Source of the DNA: an uncultured Candidatus Saccharibacteria bacterium
Lineage (GTDB): Bacteria; Patescibacteriota; Saccharimonadia; Saccharimonadales; Saccharimonadaceae
Direction: 5' to 3'
Assembly (NCBI GenBank): GCA_964444615.1
Contig: CAYUHY010000002.1
Location: 4,469-68,468 of the forward strand
Length of the DNA stretch: 64,000 bases
The stretch's first letter is position 1. The number at the start of each line of letters is the position of its first letter. The notes beneath the pieces are model-generated. The model ran no database searches. It was not told the DNA's origin and worked only from the letters and a program-made list of their open reading frames with translations. The position numbers were made by a program, and so were the translations under genes. This document shows positions 49,436-57,081 of this stretch, in pieces.

Positions 49436-49573
49436 AATACTATGATTATAGCACAGAAAAGAAGTTTTGGAGGATTAATGTGAATTGGGCGATGGCTATA
49501 TTGATGGATCCTCTAGGCTTTGTGACTGACGGAAGAAGTGTTTGGTGGCTGACAAAGTGGGCCTATACGGCAT

Positions 49574-49598
49574 GGAAAAGCGCCCCGAGATGGGGCGC
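49574..49598 (-). terminator. Terminator of the 84-aa membrane protein gene
   Basis: GCGCCCC-ATCTC-GGGGCGC followed by TTTTCC on the - strand. Confidence 0.7.
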
Positions 49599-49679
49599 GG
49601 AGGTTGGATGAGGTATGAGTGGTTTTGCGGTAGATGTTACGATTGGTAGGTGGATACTTTGCGGCTTCCTTACTAGTGG

Positions 49680-49934
49680 TTATGGGCGGCGGTGATGGCC
49701 GAAAAGACCGGCAAGCAGGCGGTAGAGCGCCCAGGTGATCAGCACAATAAAGACTAAGCCGACGAACATCACCAGCCAAGTTACGAAGAAAGTGAGGAAG
49801 ATGCCGATGGCAATAATGATACTACCGACCGCGCGCAGGAGTGGGCGCAGTGAGAACCCCACAAAGAGGCTCAAGATCCAGGCTACGACGCCGATCAACA
49901 GGAAAAGCTGTGCATTTTGAGACATGATAGACAT
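49680..49934 (-). CDS. Small polytopic membrane protein (84 aa), self-contained cassette
   Basis: Three hydrophobic helices. TTGACA-N17-TGTGCTATAAT promoter at ~50022-50050, ~85-nt leader, and AGGGGAAGG RBS. Confidence 0.55.
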   Translation of the reverse strand: MSIMSQNAQLFLLIGVVAWILSLFVGFSLRPLLRAVGSIIIAIGIFLTFFVTWLVMFVGLVFIVLITWALYRLLAGLFGHHRRP

Positions 49935-50111
49935 GATTTTCCTTCCCCTTTCACATCCAAATTCTAAGGTACGGTTCTGGGTATCGCTTAGAGATTCCTT
50001 GATAGATACCCTATCTATTCATTATAGCACAGATAGGTAATTTTGTCAATAAGATTTTTAGGTTAACAGAGGTGAAGGATGGGATTGGGTGCAGCTTTTT
50101 GATTTATAAAC

Positions 50112-50374
50112 CTGATAGAGCGCCTAAAAATTTGACTTATTTACTGAAGTTTGTTATGATGGAGACATATGAGTTTAGTTGTTGTCTTCGACGTAGTCGA
50201 GGACAACTTTTATTTTGCGAACGGTTTTGGTAGCATGTACCTCTTCCGTCTGTTCAATAATTACTCTGCCCATATGAGCTCCTTTCAAACTAGTTTTTAA
50301 CTACTAGATTAAGGTTTTTTGATATTAAATATCGACCTTGAATATAGTTACAGTCAATTCTAGGCGCTCTATAG
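50112..50374. repeat. ~260-bp segment bounded by an imperfect ~22-bp inverted repeat (MITE-like or long-range RNA stem)
   Basis: Left arm CTGATAGAGCGCCTAAAAATTTGAC (50112-50136). Right arm GTCAATTCTAGGCGCTCTATAG (50353-50374). The perfect 12-bp core is ATAGAGCGCCTA. Confidence 0.5.
50175..50273 (-). CDS. Candidate 32-aa hydrophilic peptide (MGRVIIEQTEEVHATKTVRKIKVVLDYVEDNN)
   Basis: AAAGGAG RBS lies 5-6 nt before ATG 50273. It is below the ORF-track size cutoff and sits inside the inverted-repeat-bounded segment. Confidence 0.35.
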   Translation of the reverse strand: MGRVIIEQTEEVHATKTVRKIKVVLDYVEDNN

Positions 50375-50375
50375 T

Positions 50376-50402
50376 AAAAGTAGCACAAAAGTGCTACTTT
50401 TA
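50376..50402 (-). terminator. Bidirectional hairpin terminator downstream of the DGR target gene
   Basis: AAAAGTAGCAC-TTTT-GTGCTACTTTT: perfect 8-bp stem flanked by A and T runs. Confidence 0.55.
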
Positions 50403-50535
50403 CCAAGCATAGGCATGATGTTTTTTGTAATTTTCTTTTATTTCAGCTAAAACGTGGTGATTTACGAATGGCAAGGGGCGTAGCGACGGCTTCTCGACAG
50501 ACGTGGTTTTGATGGTACTAATTAATAAAAAGCAA

Positions 50536-50643
50536 GGCGCCAATGAGTTTCTCAACAGACCCGGCTAGCTAGATATTTAGGTATACTTATATTTATAGAC
50601 TAGCTAGACGGTTCTTTTAGTCTGTTTCAAAACTATTGGCGCC
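50536..50643. repeat. Long nested imperfect palindrome just 3' of VR1
   Basis: Three concentric arm pairs: GGCGCCAAT/ATTGGCGCC, AACAGAC/GTCTGTT and CTAGCTAG/CTAGCTAG. It lies 52-160 nt beyond the target gene stop. Confidence 0.7.
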
Positions 50644-50694
50644 CCCACTTTTAGTTTTATTTATGGCTCTCGAGGGTTGTTGGGTTTTAAGATT

Positions 50695-53001
50695 TTAGGA
50701 ATCGCGGGCGATACACCGCACAGCGTATCCGCGGTAACGGCTGCTGCCGACTGTACCAGGGCCGACGCCGCCACTGAGTATGTACAGGTGGTATGCGTAG
50801 TCAGCATTGTACGCCGTACTAGACCACCAGTATCCGTCGCTAGTACCGTAGCCGAGGGAGCCATCGAGGACGTACCCGGTATACTTGAAATTGTAAATGA
50901 CTTTACTATTAGAATCTGTTGCATTCTGAACAATATTTAGATCTCCTGAACCCCAGTTGGTGTATTCATTAAGACCTGGTTTGAGGCTGGTGTTACTAAT
51001 GGTAAGACCCATATTACGGAATAACTTATAATAATCAGACCAGGTATTCTCTGTATTTACATTACTTTGGCGACCACCAGTAGGCAATTTCCAACCTTTA
51101 GGACAGATAGAAGAAGGAGCTTGACTATTAGCGGCTATGGCGTTTGATGAATCTGTGCCTCCAGTACCAGCTGTAGCAGCGTTCCAAGAATAATAACCAG
51201 TTTCTCCAGCATTAGAACTAGAAGCTATATAAGATTGTACAGCATAATACCCTTTGTCTGCTGAGAAGTCTCTATTTCCGGAAGAAGTATTAAGTGAAGT
51301 GAGGGTATTGGTTGGTTTTACGACAGTGCTTAGGGAACTTTGATTCCAGTCGGCACCTTGGTTGAGGTCAGTATCATCCTTACTTAGGCCAGCGGTGGTG
51401 AGTTTGAGTTTGAGGTTACTTGTCATCCAGCATCTACCGTCTCCAAGTTTTCTTACAGTATAAGATTTTCCATCTCTCGTGTCCTGGAGAGTATATTCGG
51501 CACTATATTTTTGGCCAGAGATAAAGGGAGTTTTCTCGCAGACGCGGGGAGTCATTTCTTGCATGGTGGTAATCTCAGAAAGATCAGGATCCCGCATCAC
51601 GCACCGCACAGCGTAACCGACGTAACGGGCGCCGCTGACTGTACCAGGGTCGACGTAGCTACTGATTACGCGCAGGTTGTACGCGTAGCTAGCATCGTTC
51701 GCCGTACTAGACCACCAGTAGCCGCTGCTAGTACCGTCGAGGGAGCCATCGTAGACGTGTCCGGTATATTTAAAGTTGTAAGGAGTAGCTTGGATCTTGG
51801 TAGAGCCGGCAGTATCACTGGTAATTGATGCAGTAGTGGCAAAGGCTTCATATTCTCCACTACTACTACCGGATGGTAGTTTCCAGCCTTTTGGGCAAAT
51901 GGAAGACGGAGCTTGACTGTTGGTAGCTATCACATCTGAATGGCTTGTACCACCAGTACCAGCTGTAGCGGCATTCCAAGAGTAGTAACCGGTTTCTCCT
52001 GCGCTAGAACTAGATACTATGTAGGATTCTACTTTATATGGAATTCCGTTAAAGGTTCCATCGCCACTGGAGACAGAAGTGAATGTATTGGTAGGTTTTA
52101 CGACGGTACTTGGAGAACTTTGGTTCCAGTCCAAGCCTTGGTTAAGGTCGGTGTCATCTTTACTGAGGCCGGCAGTGGTGAGTTTGAGCTTAAGGTTGTC
52201 GGTCATCCAGCATTTACCATCGGCAAACTTTCTAATATTATAGACGTTATCGTCGCGGGAATCTTTGAGCGGGTAGGCATCACTGTAAGTTTGATTAGTA
52301 AGATATGGGGTTTCTTCACAATATTCGGGGTGAGTAGCTAAATCTTGCATGGTGTTAGCTTTTTCTAGGCCAATAAGTTTTCTGGGTGTGGCGACCATGC
52401 TGAGTTGTACGCCAGTTTTGTAATGTCCAGAATTGTTGTTATTCTCGGCAAACTTGGCGGCAAAAACGATGCGTTTAGTAGTAGAATCTAAGGTATTATT
52501 AGCACTTTCTGGTAAAGTTACATTTTCTAATCTTCCAGTGCTCAAACCACTACCGTTAGTACCATAAGTTGGTACAGTATAATAAGTAAGTCCAGCATTA
52601 GTAGTGTCATTATTAGTAGTATTATTAGTCCAGGCAAAACCCCAAGAGTTATTTGCTAAATTAGATCCACTTGTGCCATTAGCTCCTGTTAATGTAGTAG
52701 TACCTCCATCTAACTTCAGACTACTATATCCATTAGCATATGATACTTGTAATGTATAACTATCTATATCGCTAGCAGAATAAGTAACATTACTACTAAG
52801 ATATGCAGTATCGCCAGGCGCTACGGTAGCAGAAAGAGTAGGGTTGCTGACACTGAGTGAAGCGGTAGGACTGATAGCAGCGTAACATTTATTACCGAGT
52901 AACGAAAAGAACAAGGTGCAGATGCTACACAATGGGACAACAAGTCTTAAATATCGATAGCGCGATATACTTAAGAATTTATATTGATAATTGTGTAGCA
53001 T
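50695..53001 (-). CDS. Secreted surface protein with two tandem FISUMP (Fibrobacter succinogenes major paralogous)/C-type-lectin-like domains; DGR target
   Basis: 768 aa. AAAGGAGGG RBS and signal-like N-terminus. Each repeat has CWMT(D/S)NLKLKL ... ICPKGWKLP ... GYWWSST ... GYAVRC(V/I). The two repeats are clearly paralogous. Confidence 0.8.
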   Translation of the reverse strand: MLHNYQYKFLSISRYRYLRLVVPLCSICTLFFSLLGNKCYAAISPTASLSVSNPTLSATVAPGDTAYLSSNVTYSASDIDSYTLQVSYANGYSSLKLDGGTTTLTGANGTSGSNLANNSWGFAWTNNTTNNDTTNAGLTYYTVPTYGTNGSGLSTGRLENVTLPESANNTLDSTTKRIVFAAKFAENNNNSGHYKTGVQLSMVATPRKLIGLEKANTMQDLATHPEYCEETPYLTNQTYSDAYPLKDSRDDNVYNIRKFADGKCWMTDNLKLKLTTAGLSKDDTDLNQGLDWNQSSPSTVVKPTNTFTSVSSGDGTFNGIPYKVESYIVSSSSAGETGYYSWNAATAGTGGTSHSDVIATNSQAPSSICPKGWKLPSGSSSGEYEAFATTASITSDTAGSTKIQATPYNFKYTGHVYDGSLDGTSSGYWWSSTANDASYAYNLRVISSYVDPGTVSGARYVGYAVRCVMRDPDLSEITTMQEMTPRVCEKTPFISGQKYSAEYTLQDTRDGKSYTVRKLGDGRCWMTSNLKLKLTTAGLSKDDTDLNQGADWNQSSLSTVVKPTNTLTSLNTSSGNRDFSADKGYYAVQSYIASSSNAGETGYYSWNAATAGTGGTDSSNAIAANSQAPSSICPKGWKLPTGGRQSNVNTENTWSDYYKLFRNMGLTISNTSLKPGLNEYTNWGSGDLNIVQNATDSNSKVIYNFKYTGYVLDGSLGYGTSDGYWWSSTAYNADYAYHLYILSGGVGPGTVGSSRYRGYAVRCIARDS
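50705..50884 (-). repeat. DGR variable repeat VR1 (C-terminal 60 codons of the target)
   Basis: Ungapped 180-bp match to 53462-53641. By hand count there are ~30 mismatches, ~23 of them at template A (coding strand). Confidence 0.75.
51602..51768 (-). repeat. DGR variable repeat VR2 (end of the first FISUMP domain)
   Basis: Match to the same template. By hand count there are ~26 mismatches plus one 3-nt indel, ~20 of them at template A. Confidence 0.7.
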
Positions 53002-53028
53002 CGAGCCCTCCTTTTGTAGGTTTTTTGA

Positions 53029-53084
53029 GATCTTCGCCCTAAGTAATCTAAAAATCCACTAAAAGATTACTAGGGCGGAAGATC
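53029..53084 (-). promoter_or_regulatory. ~20-bp stem hairpin in the 5' UTR of the DGR target gene
   Basis: On the - strand: GATCTTCCGCCCTAGTAATCT - loop containing GTGGAT - AGATTACTTAGGGCGAAGATC. It lies ~27 nt upstream of the ATG. Confidence 0.6.
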
Positions 53085-53230
53085 ATTTTGTATATATACC
53101 GGGGTATCATTCTTGTATGTAAGTAAAATATCATAAATACACATCAGCGGAGATTGTATAATATGGTATTTTTTGTATAAGTAATCGAGGAGTTTCTCTA
53201 TAGTAGATAGACAACTACTCCAAATACAAA

Positions 53231-53373
53231 AATGGCACCACTAGGGTGCACAATAAACTAATCGGACGAGACTATACTCAACAGATGGCTTATTCCCCTT
53301 GCGGTGCCATTTATACTGTTCAATATAGTAGTCCAGGCGATGTCTTGTCTTTATTAACTAATTTATTGTGCAC
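53231..53373 (-). other. Interleaved inverted repeats (pseudoknot-capable or alternative pairing) followed by a U-run, 3' of the TR
   Basis: On the - strand the order is A (53356-53373), B (53301-53311), A' (53246-53263), B' (53231-53241). A/A' is 17 bp with one mismatch. B/B' is AATGGCACCGC/GTGGTGCCATT. TTTTTGTATTT follows B'. Confidence 0.5.
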
Positions 53374-53461
53374 TCTTATTATATCACAAATTTAGGCTTG
53401 GCTAGATAAAAAATATTGATAAGTTTTGCACAGGTAGAAAAGAAAAATCTAGAATCGGAAC

Positions 53462-53641
53462 CGGGCGATACACCGCACAGCGAATCCGTTGTAACGGTTG
53501 TTGTTGTTTGTACCAGGGCGGACGTTGCTACTGTTTATGTTCAGGTTGTATGCGTTGTTAGCATCGTTCGCCGTACTAGACCACCAGTAGCCGTTGCTAG
53601 TACCATTGTTGAGGGAGCCATCGCCGACGTTCCCGGTATAC
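53462..53641 (-). repeat. DGR template repeat (TR), non-coding
   Basis: The - strand reads YTGNVGDGSLNNGTSNGYWWSSTANDANNAYNLNINSSNVRPGTNNNNRYNGFAVRCIAR, with ~15 AAC codons. There is an in-frame TAG 13 codons upstream with no start codon between, and a TAG 4 codons after. Confidence 0.75.
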
Positions 53642-53835
53642 GCACAACAGTGCCTAGTAGGAAACAGAAACTCCTATTCCTGAGCAAGGCCGTAGCCCAG
53701 CTTCATGCTAACCTGACTCGGCTTCGAGAATTGCCGGCACAGGGGAGTTTCACGATTCTAGGAGTGGGGCACCGTGAGTTGCTGGAGCTTGACCTCAATT
53801 GCTTCCCTTGGAACCCATGAAGATTATGACTTCAC
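53642..53835 (-). ncRNA. G+C-rich ~190-nt non-coding leader transcribed into the TR (putative DGR RNA 5' segment)
   Basis: There is no ORF longer than 35 codons on the - strand. Composition is distinctly G+C-rich versus the flanks. It is contiguous with the TR and downstream of a TGTTATAAT -10. Confidence 0.4.
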
Positions 53836-53841
53836 AGTTTT

Positions 53842-53850
53842 ATTATAACA
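53842..53850 (-). promoter_or_regulatory. Extended -10 promoter (TGTTATAAT) for the TR transcript
   Basis: CATGTTATAAT on the - strand. The -35 region is weak. Confidence 0.45.
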
Positions 53851-54064
53851 TGAGTTGGGGGCGTAAAGATGGTTTTCGGAAGTGTTGCTAGAGGGTTAAT
53901 TTTTATGCTTAAAACGCCCAATTTGGGGCTTCTGGGTTTAGAGCTGGGTAAGGACCGCGGTTTGAGTGCAAAATCGCTAGAAGAGCCAAAAATTAGCCGC
54001 TAGCGGGATTTTGGCACGGAAATAGGCCTAAAAATCGACATTTTTGAAGAAAATTGCAAATTCT

Positions 54065-54856
54065 TCACCCCTGTGAGCGAGGCTGAGAATTATGCTTCTC
54101 GAGAGCTTGATAGAGGCCTTCCCAAGCCCAGAGGCTGAGATCTTCGGCACGCACGTCGGGATCGATGCCCTCAGCGTCAAAGATTTGCAGCCATTGGTCG
54201 CGAGAAATGTGTTCGTCGGCCAGGACACGGGCGAGTTTCTTGCGCGGATTACTGAAACCACGGGCGGCAAGCTGGAGAGAGGCGGGATCTACCGCCGGCT
54301 CGGAAAGTGGAGTCAGGACTAAGACCTGGCTATCTACCTTCGGTGGCGGGGTGAATTCGGCGGCCTGGACGACTGGGCCGAGTTCGGCTTCGGCGAGGTT
54401 TTGGACCATGAGGGCGAGGAGATTATAATCCCCCTCGATAGCGACGATACGCCGAGCGACTTCTTTTTGCATGAGCAGAACGATCTTCTCGGGGCGGGGC
54501 GTGACGGCAAGCATACGACGCACGATGGGCGAGGTAATGTAGTAAGGGATATTACCGGCGACGACGTAAGGACGGTCGGCAACCAGCGGGGCAATCTCAG
54601 TAGTGAGAATATCGCCCTCGATGACACGGAGATTTTTGCCTGGAAACGAAGCTGGAAGCTTGCGGGCAAGGTCGTGATCGTATTCAACGGCAATGACTTC
54701 GGGAAAACGGCGCAAAAGGCTAGAGGTGAGGGTACCGAGACCGGGGCCAATTTCTAGGCATAAGTCTACATCTGGCACGACGGCGAGATCGGCAATTTGA
54801 TCGAGAATAGCACGATTCTGAAGCCAATGCTGGCCGAGAGATTTCTTGTTTTTCAT
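54065..54856 (-). CDS. rsmA: 16S rRNA (adenine1518/1519-N6)-dimethyltransferase
   Basis: KKSLGQHWLQNRAILDQI and SAM motif LEIGPGLGTLT. Start set at ATG 54856 (MKNKKSLGQHWL). The 71 upstream track codons overlap the preceding gene. Confidence 0.85.
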   Translation of the reverse strand: MKNKKSLGQHWLQNRAILDQIADLAVVPDVDLCLEIGPGLGTLTSSLLRRFPEVIAVEYDHDLARKLPASFPGKNLRVIEGDILTTEIAPLVADRPYVVAGNIPYYITSPIVRRMLAVTPRPEKIVLLMQKEVARRIVAIEGDYNLLALMVQNLAEAELGPVVQAAEFTPPPKVDSQVLVLTPLSEPAVDPASLQLAARGFSNPRKKLARVLADEHISRDQWLQIFDAEGIDPDVRAEDLSLWAWEGLYQALEKHNSQPRSQG

Positions 54857-54878
54857 GCGAGGTGGTGATTTCCCATGA

Positions 54879-55925
54879 TTAGTACCAACCGCGCTCGAGC
54901 TTAAAGGCGAGGGCGCCTTGCCAGCCGCCATAGCGACCGCGCACATAAGAATCCATCCAACGGAGCTGAGTAACGGGGTTGGTCTGCCAGTCGGCACCGG
55001 CACTAGCCATCTTGGAGCCCGGCAGAGCCTGCGGAATACCATAAGCGCCACTGGAAGAATTCTGAGCATCGACGCGACAGCCTGATTCGTGATAAATAAT
55101 ATAGAGCGCAGCCTCTAGGTCAGCATCGGTGATACCGGCTTCGCGCGCCCAGCCGGCGCAAACTTCTTGATTGGGCGCAATGGAGGGGCGAGCACCCTCG
55201 ACAACGATCTCAGGGACGGCTTCGACGAGGATTTTTTCTTCGATAAGCTCGCGCGAAACTTCGACATTATTCTCAAATTCGACTTCGTAGACACTAATGC
55301 GGCGGCCCTCTTCCCCGGGCTGCTCTAAAACACGCTCACCCTTAGGGCGATTGTAATCGTAACGCACCTCGACTTCGTAAGGCAGAGCTTCTTCGATAGT
55401 GAGGCGGCGACCGCCGTTGCGCTGAATGCGATAGGTGGAGACGGCGCCGGCTTCAAGGAAATTATTATTAAACTCGGTCATAACTTCGTCGTCATCGTAG
55501 ACGGTGAGGCCGGCCTCGACAGCGATCTGCTTGGGGTCGTAGCTGGCGGTCATGACGTATTTGCGCTGGACACCATCGATGACCAGAGCCGGGCGAGCAC
55601 GGTAAATATTAATGCTAAAATTACCATCTACAACCGTATCGAGACTAGGCTCGACGATGTCGGTCTCGGCTAAGATAATGTCGGATTTGGCAAGGACTTC
55701 GCGGACGCTGGCAGAGCCGGTCTTGACTACGAGGTTTTTGCCGTCGTCGTGGATGGTGACGAAATATTCGTCATTTTCTGACTGGGGGAGGATGAGATCG
55801 CCGTTTTCGTCTTCAGCGTAAACAGGGGCGGGGCGATAAAAAGCGAGCAACGACAAAAAGGCCGTAAGCACCATCAAGAGGGCGGCTGCATATAAATTAC
55901 GCTTTTGGAAATGCAATTTCATCAT
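54879..55925 (-). CDS. Secreted DUF348/G5-domain cell-wall hydrolase with C-terminal lytic-transglycosylase-like domain (RpfB/YabE-like architecture)
   Basis: Signal/TM N-terminus and repeated beta-rich modules. C-terminus has YIIYHESGCRVDAQNSSSGAYGIPQALPGSKM. ATG lies 9 nt after TGTGTTATAAT (55935-55946). Confidence 0.6.
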   Translation of the reverse strand: MMKLHFQKRNLYAAALLMVLTAFLSLLAFYRPAPVYAEDENGDLILPQSENDEYFVTIHDDGKNLVVKTGSASVREVLAKSDIILAETDIVEPSLDTVVDGNFSINIYRARPALVIDGVQRKYVMTASYDPKQIAVEAGLTVYDDDEVMTEFNNNFLEAGAVSTYRIQRNGGRRLTIEEALPYEVEVRYDYNRPKGERVLEQPGEEGRRISVYEVEFENNVEVSRELIEEKILVEAVPEIVVEGARPSIAPNQEVCAGWAREAGITDADLEAALYIIYHESGCRVDAQNSSSGAYGIPQALPGSKMASAGADWQTNPVTQLRWMDSYVRGRYGGWQGALAFKLERGWY

Positions 55926-56109
55926 TTCCTATCTATTATAACACAGTTTTGGGCGAAAATGTAGGTTTGTGGAGGCGGAGACTGATCAGAGGTGCGGGAT
56001 TAAATAGAGGATTAGGGCGCAACTGCGGGGGCTGAAAACAGAGGGTTAGAACGCGATTATTCCCAACCCTTAAGGAATTCTACGATAGAACCTCTCAAAG
56101 TCGCAGCAT

Positions 56110-56136
56110 TAGAAACCCCTCAGCAGAGCTGAGGGG
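56110..56136 (-). terminator. Terminator of orphan E
   Basis: CCCCTCAG-CTCTG-CTGAGGGG followed by TTTCT on the - strand. Confidence 0.7.
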
Positions 56137-56255
56137 CGCAGGGGTAAAAGTAGGTTTGGAGTTTGAGGCTAGCCAGCGTCGTACTCTCAAGTTGAGCCGC
56201 GAATTGCCCGAGTGCAGGCGTGAACCTATGCTATATAGGGAAAGTTTGGGGGTGA

Positions 56256-57044
56256 TCAGAGTACCACGGAGCCGCAGTCGGCTTCTTCGGCGATGCAGAT
56301 CAGATCTTCGAGGCAATTGACATCATAGGCATTGAGGCCAAAGCTCTCGCAGATAATCTGGCTGCCATCACCGCTGAGATAGTACACGGTCAAGTCATTA
56401 TCCTCCAGGTAGGCGGTCCACCCCAGCTGATCGCGGGCATAGAGAGCCAGCGTCATCAATTCGTGACGGTACTGCTCAGCATATTCTTCGGCATCAGCCG
56501 CACAGAGGGCGTTCAGGGTCAGGTCCAACTGATGCTCTTCCTCAAGCTCGTCAAACAGAGCGCGCAGCTCCGGCGTCAGGGACGCGGCATACAGGCTAGA
56601 GCCACTATTCTCAGTCGTGAAGGTGCCGAGACTTTTCCAGTTATGCTTTGCAGCATAGTCGATACTGCGGCGAAGGTCCTGGGTGTTAGCCACAAAGAAT
56701 TGCAGCAGCGCGTCGGTAGCTTCAGCCGGAGTGGTAAGCGTGACGCACTCAGTCTTCTCGTCGTAGCGGCAAGCATAGACCGTCACCTGCTCGCACGGGA
56801 AGAGATCCAGAGCCCGCACCAGGCGGAGATCGGTGGCGTCGATGATAGCATGAGGCCAGGCTACGGCGCCACTATAGTATACCGGCAGGACAGGCGAAAA
56901 AGCGATTTTCAGGGGGAAATCGTCGCTAAGAGGGCCGCAGAAATTGCCATCCGGAGCAACTGTGATGTCGCCACTGACGTTGTAGCGAGCCTCCAGCAAG
57001 GTTACCTTCCTCATCCGAGGAGCAATAATTTTGCGATAGTCCAT
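56256..57044 (-). CDS. Hypothetical protein, orphan cassette E (262 aa), G+C-rich, acidic
   Basis: AAGGAGGA RBS. I recognise no family. C/G-ending codon usage is unlike the neighbours. Confidence 0.6.
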   Translation of the reverse strand: MDYRKIIAPRMRKVTLLEARYNVSGDITVAPDGNFCGPLSDDFPLKIAFSPVLPVYYSGAVAWPHAIIDATDLRLVRALDLFPCEQVTVYACRYDEKTECVTLTTPAEATDALLQFFVANTQDLRRSIDYAAKHNWKSLGTFTTENSGSSLYAASLTPELRALFDELEEEHQLDLTLNALCAADAEEYAEQYRHELMTLALYARDQLGWTAYLEDNDLTVYYLSGDGSQIICESFGLNAYDVNCLEDLICIAEEADCGSVVL

Positions 57045-57081
57045 AGTGTCCTCCTTAGTTTTATTCTGCCTTTTCCGTTGT

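Noticed and set aside
53416-53820. 134-aa plus-strand ORF across the TR region
   Set aside because: It is antisense to the TR and open only because the AAC-rich template lacks stops on the opposite strand. It has no RBS or promoter. The TR/VR relationship explains the sequence.
49450-54060. Prophage or integrative element carrying the DGR
   Set aside because: There are no integrase, transposase, capsid, tail or terminase-like ORFs, and no tRNA or att-like direct repeats that I could see. The island contains only small ORFs, the target gene and non-coding RNA-like sequence.
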